From Octopus sinensis (Eukaryota): a DNA stretch of 64,000 nucleotides. The translations under genes were made by a program, and so were the position numbers. This document shows positions 14,154-27,523 of the stretch, piece after piece. The DNA is taken from the NCBI RefSeq assembly GCF_006345805.1, contig NC_043004.1, forward strand, positions 44,082,001-44,146,000, written 5' to 3'. Below the pieces are notes generated by a model. That model made no database searches, was not told the DNA's origin, and saw nothing but the letters and a program-made list of their open reading frames with translations. Each line of letters starts with the position of its first letter. Within the stretch, counting starts at the first letter, position 1.

Positions 14154-14213
<60 letters not shown>

Positions 14214-14219
14214 GTAGTA

Positions 14220-14311
<92 letters not shown>

Positions 14312-14358
14312 AAGAAGAAGAAGAAAAATAAGAAAAATAAGAATAAGAACAACAACAA
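14145..14358. repeat. (AAT)n/(AAG)n compound microsatellite
   Basis: Directly visible; source of the poly-I/L/R ORFs. Confidence 0.97.
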
Positions 14359-15013
14359 TCATTGCGGTTACAACCGAAGGTATGTTATTAAACGGATTAA
14401 AGAAAGACATTGTTTACTAGTAGCACATTGTGAAGGTAATATATGTAGACAAGTGATGAAAAAGAAAAAGGCAGAGGAAGGAGCGAACTGAGAGAGAGAG
14501 AGAGAGAGAGAGCAAGAGAGCTGATAGAGTAGAGTGCATTGCGTATGCAGGGATGTTACGGGTACAGCATACAATGATAGAGTAGAGATGCATTATAAAA
14601 AGAACGAAAACATTTAATCCTCACTATGTTCAATGCTTATTTGAATTGTTTTGTTGCTAATTTTTTCTTGAATGTTACTTTTACTATTTATGCATTTGTG
14701 CTGTGCTTTTCATTGGTGATTTCATGGCAGATAACAGAAGTAAAAAATATATACATACATGTATAAAAGATACGGTAGGAACTTACAGAAACATTCAAAC
14801 ACAAATATAAACTGCTGGAACACGAAAGAATAAGAGGAAGAAAGGACCGACAAAAAAAAAATGTGGGGAGAACAATGATAGTGGAAGATGAAGAGAACGG
14901 AAAGCAAAGCAAAACGCAAATTTATAAAACGGAAAGAAAATTTGGTCTTAAAAGAAATTGTTCTGAACAATTAATTTTATTTTTCTGTATGTGTGTGTAT
15001 ATATAAATATATA

Positions 15014-15056
<43 letters not shown>

Positions 15057-15821
15057 GTGTGCGGGTTCATATACACACAGACACACAAACATACATCTTG
15101 ATTTTTGAATGTTGTTTCTTGCGGGGTCTTTGTCTCGTTTTAATCTGTTCCAGTTTTGATTTGTTTGTCTTTGTTTTCATAGTTATTCAATGCAGCTTAC
15201 CTGGTAATGCAAATTGAATCATCAAATTTAAATTCCTCCAGTTAGTAAAATTTGTTGGGCTTTGCAACGAATGGAAGGTTTTTACAGTGTGCTAGTTCCT
15301 TGTCACAAAAGAATTAATTCTATCTCTCATCACAATATAGCATAAACAGATAAATGCTAGTCACAGCTTGACAAAAAAACTAATAAGAAACTAAACATAG
15401 ATAATTAATCGGTAAGAAATTCCATAAAGGTAACGTTATGATGTATCACACTTACCGTTCAGAATTAAATGTTGTTTGTTTAAAGCATATTCTTTGGTTA
15501 CAGTTACGCTGCTATTTTCACCGCTTCTCTGTCTCAGTTAACGGTGGTGGCAATTGTTTATTTTATTGCTTTTTCCCCGCCGTCTTTATCATCGACACTG
15601 AATTGTCCTTTATGCTAAATGATTCTTTCCCTTGAAATTTCACCGTTTGTGACAAAACGCCAGATTGAATGCGAATCGATTTAAATAAACACTAAGTTCA
15701 ATTTACGAGAGTGAAATGTTAAATTATAAAACCTAAGCCCTTAATATTTTACAAACACTCTGAATTCGACTTCATATGTATAGTCTACGGCTTACACATT
15801 AAATTGAGAAATGCAGATATG

Positions 15822-15959
15822 GGATCTTTTCGGTTTGAATGACAGTTTTTCTAGCGGTGTCATATGAAATTGTCACCCATAATTATGACCCTAGCATCGA
15901 TCTATTGCATTTCAAACTATTTTAGATTTAGGGTTAGGGTTGGTTAGGGTTAGGGGTGG
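15822..15959 (+). mobile_element. Truncated copy of the TTAGGG-bearing Merlin-like MITE
   Basis: TIR ggatcttttcggtttgaa; sequence stops just after the TTAGGG block. Confidence 0.85.
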
Positions 15960-16360
15960 TTCGGAAAAAATGAGGTGGGGATTCCCCCACTCCCATCCCG
16001 GAATCATTGGAATCTTTTTTTTCGTTGCATGCATTCCTGTGACCTCTTAATATTGCAAAACTTTAGATGAGCCTGGTAACTGATGGCTTTGGGGTCTTGT
16101 GGTTTGTAACTTTTGGTGATCCATGGTGCAACGAACATGGTAAAAATCCCTGCCATTATTTTGGTGTGGATGGGTAATATCAAATAATTCAATCACAACG
16201 TATATTTATATTAAACATGAAAAAAAGGAGATATTATCATCACTTACATGGAAAAATTGAAATATTATCCTACAGTGTTTTATAAGGTAAAATCTTCAAT
16301 TATTAATTGACACATTATTAATTACCTTATAATAGCAATGCCTGGAAAAATCCTGGATTA

Positions 16361-16868
16361 CATGGAAAAATGAGAGCACGAAAAGTAATATTCCTAAGAT
16401 TATAAACCTGGAAACGTACAGGACAGGTTATTACACCTGTAAAAGTATAGGACAAGTTATTTCTTTTAGGAAAATAAGGAATAGGAGACTTTTTACTTTA
16501 AAGTTTGCACCTAAAATTAAAATTTGAATATTAAAACTTATTTTATAATTGTTTACAAATAAGCTATACTTATTTTAGTAGAATTTGGCTAATATACTAC
16601 CTTAAATATAGAAAAAGTGACTAATTAGACAAACTTACAAATTAGCTGAACAGTTTTGTACAATAAATTTAAAAGATGAGAACTGTAAAGTGTGATAAAT
16701 TAGAACTGGCATTCTTTGGTGTAATATTTTAAGTAAAAAGTTTCTTATTCTTTACTCTACGAGAAGTAATAGCCTTTTCTCTACTTTTACAGTTGTAATA
16801 ACTTGTCCTATACTTTTCCAGGTTTATAATCTGAAGAATATTACTTTTCATGCGCGCATTTTCCCATG
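16361..16868. mobile_element. Long-TIR non-autonomous DNA transposon (TA|CATGG...CCATG|TA)
   Basis: Inverted ends catggaaaaatg..aaaagtaatattc..gattataaacctggaaa / tttccaggtttataatc..gaatattactttt..cattttcccatg, TA on both flanks. Confidence 0.75.
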
Positions 16869-16889
16869 TAATATAAATATATATATAAA

Positions 16890-17081
16890 TGCGACCGTTG
16901 GCGAATTTTTCCTCCGTGTTCCCTTGTCTGGATCTTTCCTTTTCCTATGTTTCTGACGAAGAGCTCCGGTCAAAACGTTAAACCCTCCTTCTTCCCTTCC
17001 TTCCTGAGCGTCCAATAATACTATATTTGTTCCATGTCCTCGCGTTGTTGTGTTTTCCCTTTGTATTTTCATGTTTGGATT

Positions 17082-17087
<6 letters not shown>
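16890..17087 (+). mobile_element. Penelope-type terminal repeat fragment with minimal hammerhead-like motif
   Basis: gttt-CTGACGA-a-gagctccggtc-aAAA-cgtt-aaac at 16949-16983; partial second copy at 48289-48360; both abut TA or CA tracts. Confidence 0.55.
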
Positions 17088-17133
<46 letters not shown>

Positions 17134-17138
17134 GTATG

Positions 17139-17220
<82 letters not shown>

Positions 17221-18434
17221 GCAAGTGCGCACTTATGGTTTTACTAAATAACAACTGTTGTCACCAATATTTCTCCACTTAGCTAGCAGAGTTTGTTAGT
17301 TACCGTAAGCGGTTACGGTTCAGCAAAAGGGAAGATAAAATATGTGCAAGACTTGAAACAGAAACATATCTTTGGGGATTTATTTATTTGACTAAACATT
17401 TCCAGACGGTACTGCAGCATAACCGCAGTCCAATAACTGCAACAAATGTAAATAATATACGATACAAATCTGTTTGGATGGAGACATAGAGATACACATA
17501 CATACATACATATGGACACGTACAAGACGTAATAATTATTCGTTTCAGTAAAACTCACAATGTGAACAGACTATAAGCAAATACATTAAAGCCGTTGATC
17601 CATTGCCGTTCCGTAACTTTTTTTCTGTGCTTTCATATCCCGCGGGAGGTTTTGAACCCCGAGTGTAAAGTTCAACGCGTTCTCTGACGCTTTTGCGGTT
17701 TTGACTCTCCGCTGAATTGTAGCGTTTTTCGATGGAGAATACCAAGTTCGGTCAATTCGGTGTTCCTTATTCTTTTCCTTAATAACGGTTTCACAATTGT
17801 GATACAAAGCCAGCAATTTCGAGGAGGGGTAAGTGGATTTCATCGATCACAGTGCTCAGCTAATATGTATTTTATTGAATCCACCTTGGTGGAATTTGAA
17901 CTCAGCACGAAAAGACGGACAAACAGCCGCTGAGCATTTTACTCGACATACTTACGAATCTGCCTGCTCTCGTCGTAATTTTTATTCGTTAATGTTGCCA
18001 CATAAAACGTATAAACGAATGCTTAGAGAATGATGCTTCTCTATCACAGTAAATTTAGGATACATTTCATTAATTTTATTAATGTAATAGTTCTGAAAGT
18101 TTAATCAATTCCTTCTCTTTAAAATTTTATTTGGAGTAAATCAATGCATATTTAATAAAATAGGAAAATGAATATAAAGTTTAAAAAATTTAGTAATGTG
18201 AAGAATCTCACTAATTTTTATTTTCTTGATAGCAAAGGGATCAAAGATTAAGTTTAAATATGAAGAAGAAAAAAAGCTATTGAATTGAATAAATTAGAAC
18301 CATTTATGTAATCTTAAAGCAAATATTTAACATCTAGTTCAGGCAATTAAATTTCCTATATGCTTACGTTAAAATACACATCAGCATGAAAGTATTCGAA
18401 TTATCATACAACAACAATGTATAATACATAACTA

Positions 18435-18845
18435 GGATCTGTTCGGTTTGAACGGCAGTTTTTTTCTAGTGGTGTCATATGAAATTGTCACCCATAATTA
18501 TGACCCTAGTATCAATCTATTGCATTTCAATCTGTTTTAAGGTTAGGGTTAGGGTTAGGGGTGGGGGAAGGGTATATTTTTTCTTCACAAATGTAAATAA
18601 ACACAATCTGTTTCTTAAACGAGGTACAGAATGTTGTTTAACTCAATAGACGTTAGTGATTGGTTGAAATTGCAGAAATTGAAGAGAAAAAAAAACAACA
18701 AATATTTTACAAACTATAGAATTTTCTCAATAAAGCAAAGAGAAAAAGATGTTTTTATAAACACATTATATCAGTATACGAAGTTTAAAATTTTTCAGTT
18801 ACCTAGAAATCATGTTAAAAACTGCCGTTCAAACCGAAAAAATCC
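18435..18845 (+). mobile_element. TTAGGG-bearing Merlin-like MITE, full length
   Basis: ~28-bp TIRs GGATCT.TTCGGTTTGAACGGCAGTTTT; perfect 8-bp TSD cataacta; internal ggttagggttagggttaggggtggggg. Confidence 0.92.
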
Positions 18846-19201
18846 CATAACTAACATGAATTTAAAAAGTCGAATAATTGAATGATAATATTTTGAAATA
18901 TGTTGTGCCATAGACAAATACTCATTTCAAGTGTGAATGCATTGAAAATTTTCACAAGATTGCTGACTAAACAACTTGGATCCATATACTGAATTAAGCT
19001 TAGTCGTTAAATAATTCGCTTCCCACACCGAGTTCCACCTTTAAAATTGATCTGAATTTTTTCTCCCCAAATGACGGAGGCTCTGTTTATCCAAGGTTTA
19101 TTTGCTTCCGGGTGCATAGTTTGGTGAAGTGCATCTACAAATATAACATTCATTTGCGCATGTATTCGTACGAATGTGTATAAATAAGGACAGATATACA
19201 G

Positions 19202-19269
<68 letters not shown>

Positions 19270-20144
19270 GTATATATGTATGTGTGTGTTTGTGTATGAG
19301 TGAGTCTCTGTGTGTGTAGTTATTTAATTCTTAGGGATACACCCGCTAATGTGCAACGAGGGACCGATGCAAGATGGGTCGGAACGATCGTTATGATAAA
19401 TGAAAAATCTCATGAATTCAATTTTGTTTCTCTCGTTTGTAATGTATATATGTATGTATCTTTTACGTATATACGTGGATGTATCTATATATGAATCTAT
19501 ATAGGTGGATAGATGGATTTCAATATCCGGCTATAGATTAGTGTACAAGGAAAACATAGGCAAAATGTGAGTTAAGTTGTGCGAGCTTTTCATGAAGGAT
19601 ATATATATTTTGTTTCACCAGAAAACTAAATACATTTATATATAACAGGCCAAACGAGACGTCGGTATAATTCCGTAGGAGTAATCCCAGCTTATATTAT
19701 TTTCGAATGAATAGAAACGTAGTTCAACCACACATTACAATATATGAAGAACAAATAGTAAACCTGTTGTAATTTGAAAAAGTGTTTAAATATATGACAA
19801 AAAATATGATATTTCTCTTTAAGGAAGGAAAAAACGAATTTGTTATCAACACACGTTAACATTACACATCGCTTGATCTAACTAAACTGTCATTTAATGT
19901 GACAGATTATCACTAACTACATCTAATTCTAGAAATAGTTAGGAGGCAAAGTTTTATGAAAATATTTATTCTTCATAAATGATAAAGAAATAATTGAAAC
20001 AGCTGAAGCGAGGCACGTACCGAGGCATCGAATCGAAAATAGAATGAGCGATATCGTGAATAGGAAGAAGAGACAGGTGTGTGTGTGTGTGTGTATGTGA
20101 GTGTGTATGCGTGCGCGTGTATGTGTGTAGGTATAGGAGTGTAT

Positions 20145-20327
20145 TGGAGAGTTTACGAAAAAAACAAAAGACGAAGACAGGTGGTGTACAAAACAAACAG
20201 ATGTATTAGTATAACGCCCAGGAATAGCAAAAGTATTTTACGTTAGAAGAACGTAAGCTCGAGACGTAAAAAGCTTTTCTATTCCTGGGCGTTATACTAA
20301 TACATATGTGTGTATATATATATATAT

Positions 20328-20366
<39 letters not shown>

Positions 20367-20590
20367 ATGTGTGTGTGTGTGTGTGTGTGTAGGGAGAGTT
20401 TATGAAAAAAAACAAAAGACGAAGACAGGTGGTGTACAAAACAAACCGATTGATTAGTATAACCGTCAGGAATAGAAAAAGTCTCTTACGTTTCGAGCCT
20501 ACGCTCTACTACAGAATGGGACTCAGAAAAAACAAGGAGAGAAAAAAAGGAGAGAAAAAATGTGTGTAGTGGCTAACGATCTATCATGGT
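20145..20590 (-). mobile_element. Two tandem copies of a Penelope-type terminal fragment (first one folded back)
   Basis: ggagagtttacgaaaaaaacaaaagacgaagacaggtggtgtacaaaac at 20146 and 20393; same family as 28280-28449; minus motif CTGTAG.AGAGCGTAGGCTC-GAAA-CGTA. Confidence 0.65.
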
Positions 20591-21257
20591 GACTATAGGA
20601 GTGTATACGCGTTTTGAGATGAGTATGTGAAGGTGTTGATGTGCATTGTTTTCAGTTCGAGTGCTAAGTATAGTTTAATGGGTGTTGATGTCTACGGGTA
20701 ACAGCTATTTTTATGCGAGGAAGGCGCAGATGTCAAGAGGAAGAGACGGACACGAGTGTGAGGTAACAGGAAAGGGAAGCCTTTCCTTCTACCTTACACT
20801 TACACTCACCCTAAACTCACATGAAAGTTTTCTTCACACGGAGAACAATATCTCACGTTCCCACTGCCCCAAGGCACTCTGCCGCTTCGATTGCCCATTC
20901 TTACACTCATAGACTCACGCCAAAATACCAATCGCACCCGCTGACGCTAAGTCCATCTGTAGGGTTATAGTGACACTTGGCTCCTATCATCGCTTTTATT
21001 TTATTTTCGAACAGTCTTTTCTAAATGCACTTCCGCATTTCAACTTACTCTAAAGAACAAACGTTGAAAAGCTTACGACTCTAAACAATTTTGCCTAACT
21101 TTTAAGCGAGAAATATGTATTAAACTGTGTGCCTATATTGTTGTCATTTACAATCGTTTAGCACCCATTACACTCCTACACACACAGACACGCAGACACG
21201 GAAACAGACACACAGACACAAACACACATACACAGACACACAGACACGCAGACACAC

Positions 21258-21582
21258 TCTGCTATAGCCCCGGGCCGACCAATGCCTTGTGAGTGGATTT
21301 CGTAGACGGAAACTGAAAGAAGCCTGTCGTATATATGTATATATATGTGTGTGTATGTGTTTGTGTGTTTGTGTTTGTCCCCCTAGCATTGCTTGACAAC
21401 CGATGTTGGTGTGTTTACGTCCCCATCACTTAACGGTTCGGCAAAGAGACCGATAGAATAAGTACTGGGTTTACAAAGAATAAGTTCCGGGGTCGATTTG
21501 CTCGACTAAAGGCGGTGCTCAAGCATGGCCGCAGTCAAATGACTGAAACAAGTAAAAGAGTAAAAGAGTAAAGAGTAAAGAG
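21258..21582 (+). mobile_element. 5'-truncated OK-type SINE
   Basis: Body and tail match the 11470 copy; ends in (gtaaaaga)n. Confidence 0.9.
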
Positions 21583-22454
21583 TATATATGTCAGATATAT
21601 TCCGGTAGGAACGTAGCAGAGTATAAAAAACAGCTCGTTCACCCCCATAGAGTTACCAAATAACCGGTAGTATTACGATATATTTCCAAGTCTGGTTTTG
21701 AGCATTCGTCGTGTGTGAAAATTGAATAAGAACGCTTCAGACACTAACAATCGTACAGAACATCATGAAAACAGAATCAAAAAGTCACCAGATAAACATA
21801 AAAATAATAATCGTATAAATATCTGCACATGCTACAGAAAATCTGCTTATGCCCTCATAAACCAATGTGTCTAAAAGAAAACAATATACAAATGCACAAT
21901 CTCCACATCCCAACATAAATATGCATACATTTGTGCCTCGGTAAAGCAATTCAAAGTCAGTTATCGTTACCACATCTCGTCATTCCGACAAATAAACAGA
22001 CGACACGCAACTTCACTGGCAGACCTAATATGGAAACTGAAAGAATCAAAAGTTAAATACAAAATGGAACGGTCAATAATAAAAAAAAAATGTACACTCA
22101 TGTAATTCGTTATCCGACAAATGTGACCTTTGCCTTGAGGAAGCATTGAGTATGCTGCTGAATTATGTGAATCGGGTAAACACGCATGATGTAACCACTG
22201 CGCCAAATATGCATTTTCATGATGGGAGAGATATAAAAGTAATTATAATTCAGTTTTCCCTCCTCCCTATCCCATATACACATATGCATGTGTATATATA
22301 TTAGAGTGTCCGAAAATATACCTATGTACGTACATATATGTAAAAGATGTATGTGCGTGTATGTATGAGTATGAATATATTTGTTGATCGGTGTATGTAT
22401 ATAAGTGTGCATATATATATATATATATATATGCACACTTATATACATACATAT

Positions 22455-22493
<39 letters not shown>

Positions 22494-22504
22494 TCTCTTA
22501 TTAT

Positions 22505-24866
22505 CTTATATGTTTCAGGTTTGTGGTTGCGGCCATGCTGGGGCACCGCCAGTATAATCACCCTTTAACTGGCCAATTTTATGAGATTGCCTTTTTTGTG
22601 AAAGACGGTGTTCGATATTGGTTCATCTGGGATCTACGATAGCAAGAGGTCAGGATGTTTCTTGAAAATATCTACGCGCAGTCATGGAGATCCCTCGGAT
22701 GTTTTAGCAAGGAGTAACATAGCTATAGGCCCTTGAATCCCAAGGTATTACAGTACATGGTCCTCGCCTTAGATGAGACAGCTGGGAATTTTGGATCTAT
22801 TTCGAGGTCTGGTATAATTCTCAATTCCAAAGTTTGGTGCCAACACATCCAGTATCTTCCACACATATATCACTACATACCTCTCCATGGAGTAGAGTGG
22901 AAGCCGTTCAGTCTCTCCTATTAGCTTAGTTGTTCTACTGATGCAATCTTCCTTGTGTAATATCGCTGAACCGCCTCAAGTTCTATTATTAATCGTACAG
23001 TGTAAGGTGGCCACAGTTGAGAGCAGCAGTCCAGACGGCTGAGGACAAATGTCTCCCATAAAACTAGGATAGTTCCTGGAACCTTGTCTAAAGGTTCTCA
23101 GAATCCATCCGGCCATTTGCCTGCACACTGCCCCCATCTTGCTGACATGCATGTGAAACGAGGCACCGTTGCTCATATAAATCCCAAGATAACGCAATGC
23201 ATGGGATTCTAGGATTGGCGCTCCTTTTCGTCCAAAGTATCGTTGTTGTGACCTCTGACTTCTGAGCATCAATTACCTGATAGCGGACGACTTGGAATTT
23301 GCCTGCGTTAAATTGCCTGTTGTCCTCAGACCATTTATATAAGGCATCTAGGTCTTTCTGTAGACGATTGGCATCAGAAGGTTCCTTGGCTGCTTGTACT
23401 ACATTACTGTCTTAGGCATAGCTAGTAAGTGTAGTTACCTGTGTAAATGATGGCATGTCTGAAAGAGCCGCCATGAACACCAGTGGCTCCAATACATTTC
23501 CCTCGAGCATTCCACTTTCTATTAATGTCTCCGTGGAGAGTGCGCCGTTGGCTGCTACAGCCTGTCTTCTGTCTTTTAAGAAGTTATGCAACCACTCTCC
23601 GATTCGCCCTGTTATACCGAGTTTCCATATTTTGTGACATATTATCCTATGATCAATCTCATCAAAGTCAAATTTGTGTAAGGCAGCTTCTGCCTGAGCG
23701 AAAGCCATGTTGGGTGTCAGGAAAGAAATCCTTATCATCAAGGAACGCAATTAGTTTCTTCCTGACAATTAGCTGCATGATTTTGCAGAGATAGGAAATT
23801 AGAGAGACAGGTCTATAATTCCTAGCGTTTGCTCTGTTACCTCCCTTATGGATATGGGATATAATGCCTTCTTTTAACTTTTTGGGAAGTCAGCCTTTGT
23901 GAAGAAGCTCTGGGAGAGAATCTGAAGTGGTCTAGCTAGTGTCCCTTTACATTTCTTTAGCAGGATTTTTGGGAATCCACCAGGGTCTGTTGGTGAGTTT
24001 GACCTAATCTCATCAATGACTGACATCACATCAGTTTCCATTGTGTGGATACTGGCAATAATTGCCATTTTGTTGTGTAGATCTGTGGTGCCAAAGAACT
24101 AATCTTGAATAGCTATTACAAGTGTCCCAGTGGAGTGGTGAAAGTACTCTTTTATTGCACATTCAATATTTCACAGATCCTCTGTGAGGTCTGCAGTCGA
24201 TTGGCCATTTTCTTCAAGTAGTGACCCTATTTTGTACCGTACTGAAGCAGATACTTTTGCATATCTATAGAAGTGTTTAGTTTTGTCTTAACATCTTTGA
24301 TAGCCCTGGCCTCTTTTGCTGCCCTCACTTTTTCATGGGAGCATTTGAGTTCGTTTTCGATTTCGAGCAATGTTCGTGAGGTAAGCTCATTTGTTAACCT
24401 CCAGTAGCCCATTTAAACGGTTTGAGATGTTTGCTCATCGTTTCATTAAAATCCTCCTATCCCTGGGTATTAATTTTTCTGCTGGCTTAGCATTCTCTCT
24501 GGAGCAAACTTACAACAGATGTCATGCATGATTGTCATAAAGAGTTGTAACGTTATATCAATGTCTTCTGTAGAGAGACTGGTAGACCAGTGATGTTCCC
24601 TGACTTCTTTCTTGATACCCTTCTAATCAGACATGTTGGGTGCTTCTAATAGCCTGCATATCTGTAGTCTTTGGCGGATCATATATTGTTTGTTCTATTA
24701 AGATATGGTAAGAGAAGATATTCGGTGTCACCCCAATATTATGGAGAAGCGCCGTGTTTTGTGAAACAGGGGTCCAGGACATTTTCCCCCCTGTTGGGTG
24801 GAGTAATATTTTCTCCATAAAGAGCATGTGAGTGAGGTCAAGCAGAGATTCTGCATGCCTCACGAC
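22505..24866 (-). mobile_element. Decayed CR1/L2-group LINE ORF2 (RT) plus 3' tail
   Basis: NYRPVSLIS-type motif near 23800; DHRIICHKIWKLGITGRIGEWLHNFLKDRRQAVAANG..SG..G..L.PLVF..LTSYA; SPTDPGGFPKILLKKC; WILRTF. Many stops and frameshifts. Tail ggcggtgccccagcatggccgca..ctgaaaca. Confidence 0.9.
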
Positions 24867-24888
24867 ATGTATGTGTTATATATATATT

Positions 24889-24983
<95 letters not shown>

Positions 24984-24984
<1 letters not shown>

Positions 24985-25318
24985 AAAGACCCCCTTCGGT
25001 CATGAATGACCATGGGATTGCACCTAGAAAGTTACCCTCCTAGACACAAGTCTGGGCAAGGTTGTTTTTATGGAAGGCCAGCAGTCGCCCATGCATACCA
25101 GCCTCCCCTCTCCACGCCACCAGTGTTATCCAAGGGAAAGACAAAGGTCGATACAGCTTGGCACCAGTGACGTCGCAACTCATTTCTACAGCTGAGTGAA
25201 CTGGAGCAACGTGAAATAAAGTGCCTTGCTCGAGAACACAACACGCAGCCCGGTCCGGGATTCGAGCTCACAACCTCACGATCGTAAGCTCGACGCTCTA
25301 ACCACTGAGCCATGCGCC
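24984..25318 (-). mobile_element. Full-length tRNA-derived SINE (separate family)
   Basis: Minus: ggcgcaTGGCTCAGTGGttagagc...gagcTCGAATCCc, then gttgtgttctcgagcaaggcacttta..ttgctccagttcactcagctg conserved-domain-like body; tail tcatgaccgaaggggtctttt; flanked by (TA)n. Confidence 0.88.
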
Positions 25319-25330
25319 TTCACTATATAT

Positions 25331-25386
<56 letters not shown>

Positions 25387-25415
25387 TACATATATATATA
25401 CATATATATATATAG

Positions 25416-25450
<35 letters not shown>

Positions 25451-25518
25451 ATATATATAATATATATGTACATATATATATATGTATGTATGTATGTATG
25501 TATATATATATATATACA

Positions 25519-25623
25519 CGAGGGATGTATGAATAGTTTTGAGCCTTGAAGTCTTGTACCTTCATCAGAAGTCTTGTACCATGTTTTGTTTTATTTTAGT
25601 CTCAGATTTTCGTACACCCCTCG
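25519..25623. mobile_element. ~105-bp mariner-type mini-MITE
   Basis: TIRs cgagggatgtatgaatagttttgag / ctcagattttcgtacacccctcg; internal duplicated gaagtcttgtacc. Confidence 0.6.
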
Positions 25624-26010
25624 TCAATCGAATTACCAGATGTCCTTACATATTCGGCAGTTACTCTGGTTGCCCACCAAAAAATCTATGATATGGGCGC
25701 TAGCTTTATTGTAAAAAAGATAGCGAATGTGTGCGAAAAAAGATTTTAAAAAAACAGAGAACATGGAACACAATTACAAATACAAACAACAAGAACATAA
25801 TAACAGGGGTCTTTCGACTGAGGGCGGATCAAATTGAGTCAGTGTTTGTATTAACATTACTGATAATTTCATTGAAGAAGTTACGCTGTATTCTCTTGCT
25901 TTCGATGTATTAGGAACACACACACATATATATATGCATGTGTGAGTGTGTGTATGTGTGTGTGTGTGAGTGTGTGTGGGCTTGTGTGGGTGTGTCTCTC
26001 TCTTTTTTCT

Positions 26011-26425
26011 CTCTTTTACTTGTTTCAGTCATGTGACTCTGGCCATGCTGGAGCACCGCCTTTAGTTGAGCAAATCACCATCAGGACTTATTCTTTGTAA
26101 GCCTAGTACTTATTTTATCGGTCTCTTTTTTACCGAACCGCTAAGTTACGGGGACGTAAACACACCAGCATCGGTTGTCAAGAGATGTTGGGGGGACAAA
26201 CACAGACAAACACGCACACACACACACACACGCATATATATATATGTACATATATATATATACGACGGGCTTCTTTCAGTTTCCGTCTACCAAATCCACT
26301 CACAAGGCTCTGGTCGGCCCGAGGCTATAGTAGAAGACAGTTACGCAAGGGGCCACGCAGTGGGACTGAACCAGGAACCATGTGGTTCGTAAGCAAGCTA
26401 CTTATCACACAGCCACTACTACACC
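26011..26425 (-). mobile_element. Full-length OK-type SINE
   Basis: Reverse complement aligns end to end with the 11470 copy. Confidence 0.92.
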
Positions 26426-27250
26426 TATGTATATCGAAAACACCTTAAGCAAGAGAATACACAGTAAATTCTGAAATGAAATTAACATTGATGTAAGTGA
26501 TGTTTATGTAGGAAATATGGCATGAAGATCGAATAACTAAATATTTCAATAGCAAATAACATATTATAATATATGTACATAGTAGATTTAGCTTTGTTAT
26601 TAATTCCTTAAGGTTATAAGCTGCAAGAATCTTTGTGCGCTATTTTTTTTTCCTATTCTGTTCTTACTGATTGCAAATATCACAGAGGCCAACTTATCCT
26701 TTCATATTTTTTGCAGTCGCTAAAATAAGTCGATTGTGTCAGCTAATCCCCTTATTCTCAAAATTGGTAGCTTCTTACATACAGGATAAAACATTATTAT
26801 TTATGCAGTAAGGCTTTCGAGATAATTTCCGATAATGATTACTGCATTCTTTCCGGCAATTTATGCTCTCAGTTCTATATATGCTGTGGATAGCCTTATG
26901 TTTCATTGCTCCAGCAAAGTATACACACAGGTGGGTATACAATTAAACTTAGAAACACGTATATACATCGAAATATATACAAGCTTGCACACATACACGC
27001 ACACACACATTTTTATATATTTTTAAACTATTGAAAAGGAAGGCAGCGTGTACTGTAAACTTTATTTAGTACGACGATGTTTCGGCTTATATCTGCAGAG
27101 CTCCATACATCGATCCTGTGATTAAAGTGCAGTGCCGCGGATGACGCCTGCTAGCCGAATGTGAAGACCATGCTCTGAAGACACACTACTAGGGACATGC
27201 CGAAAACAAGATGTGGATAATACACACACACATACACACATATATATATA

Positions 27251-27478
27251 TTTCTTTACTACCCACAAAGGGCTAAGCACAGAGAGGACAAACAAGGACA
27301 GACAAACGGATTAAGTCGATTACATTGACCCCAGTGCGTTACTGGCACTTAATTTATCGACCCCGAAAGGATGAAAGGCAAAGTTGACCTCGGCGGAATT
27401 TGAACTCAGAACGTAACGGCAGACAAAATACGGCTACGCATTTCGCCCGGCGTGCTAACGATTCTGCCAGCTCGCCGC
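27251..27478 (-). mobile_element. Full-length OR-type SINE with Tx1/L1-like tail
   Basis: Minus: gcggcgagctggcagaatcgttagcacgccgggcg...gagttcaaattccgccgagg...ggggtcgataaattaagt...; tail gtctgtccttgtttgtcctctctgtgcttagccctttgtgggtagtaaagaaa. Confidence 0.9.

Positions 27479-27523
<45 letters not shown>

Noticed and set aside
14084-14420. Poly-I/L/R/F ORFs, and the many YIYI, CVCV and HTHT ORFs across the window
   Set aside because: Stop-free translations of microsatellites, with no coding evidence
15438-15635. VNGGGNCLF resembling the OTU protease GDGNCLF motif
   Set aside because: Catalytic Asp is absent, no other OTU features, short ORF; likely chance
17586-17843. 85-aa ORF over a CpG-richer patch
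   Set aside because: No recognisable motif; its start overlaps a decayed SINE; no clear splice sites
18538-18568. TTAGGG blocks as telomeres or fusion scars
   Set aside because: Always short and at the same position inside the MITE
25245-25318. tRNA-like sequence (also 41420-41492)
   Set aside because: Continues into a SINE body and tail with no convincing acceptor stem, so these are SINE heads rather than tRNA genes
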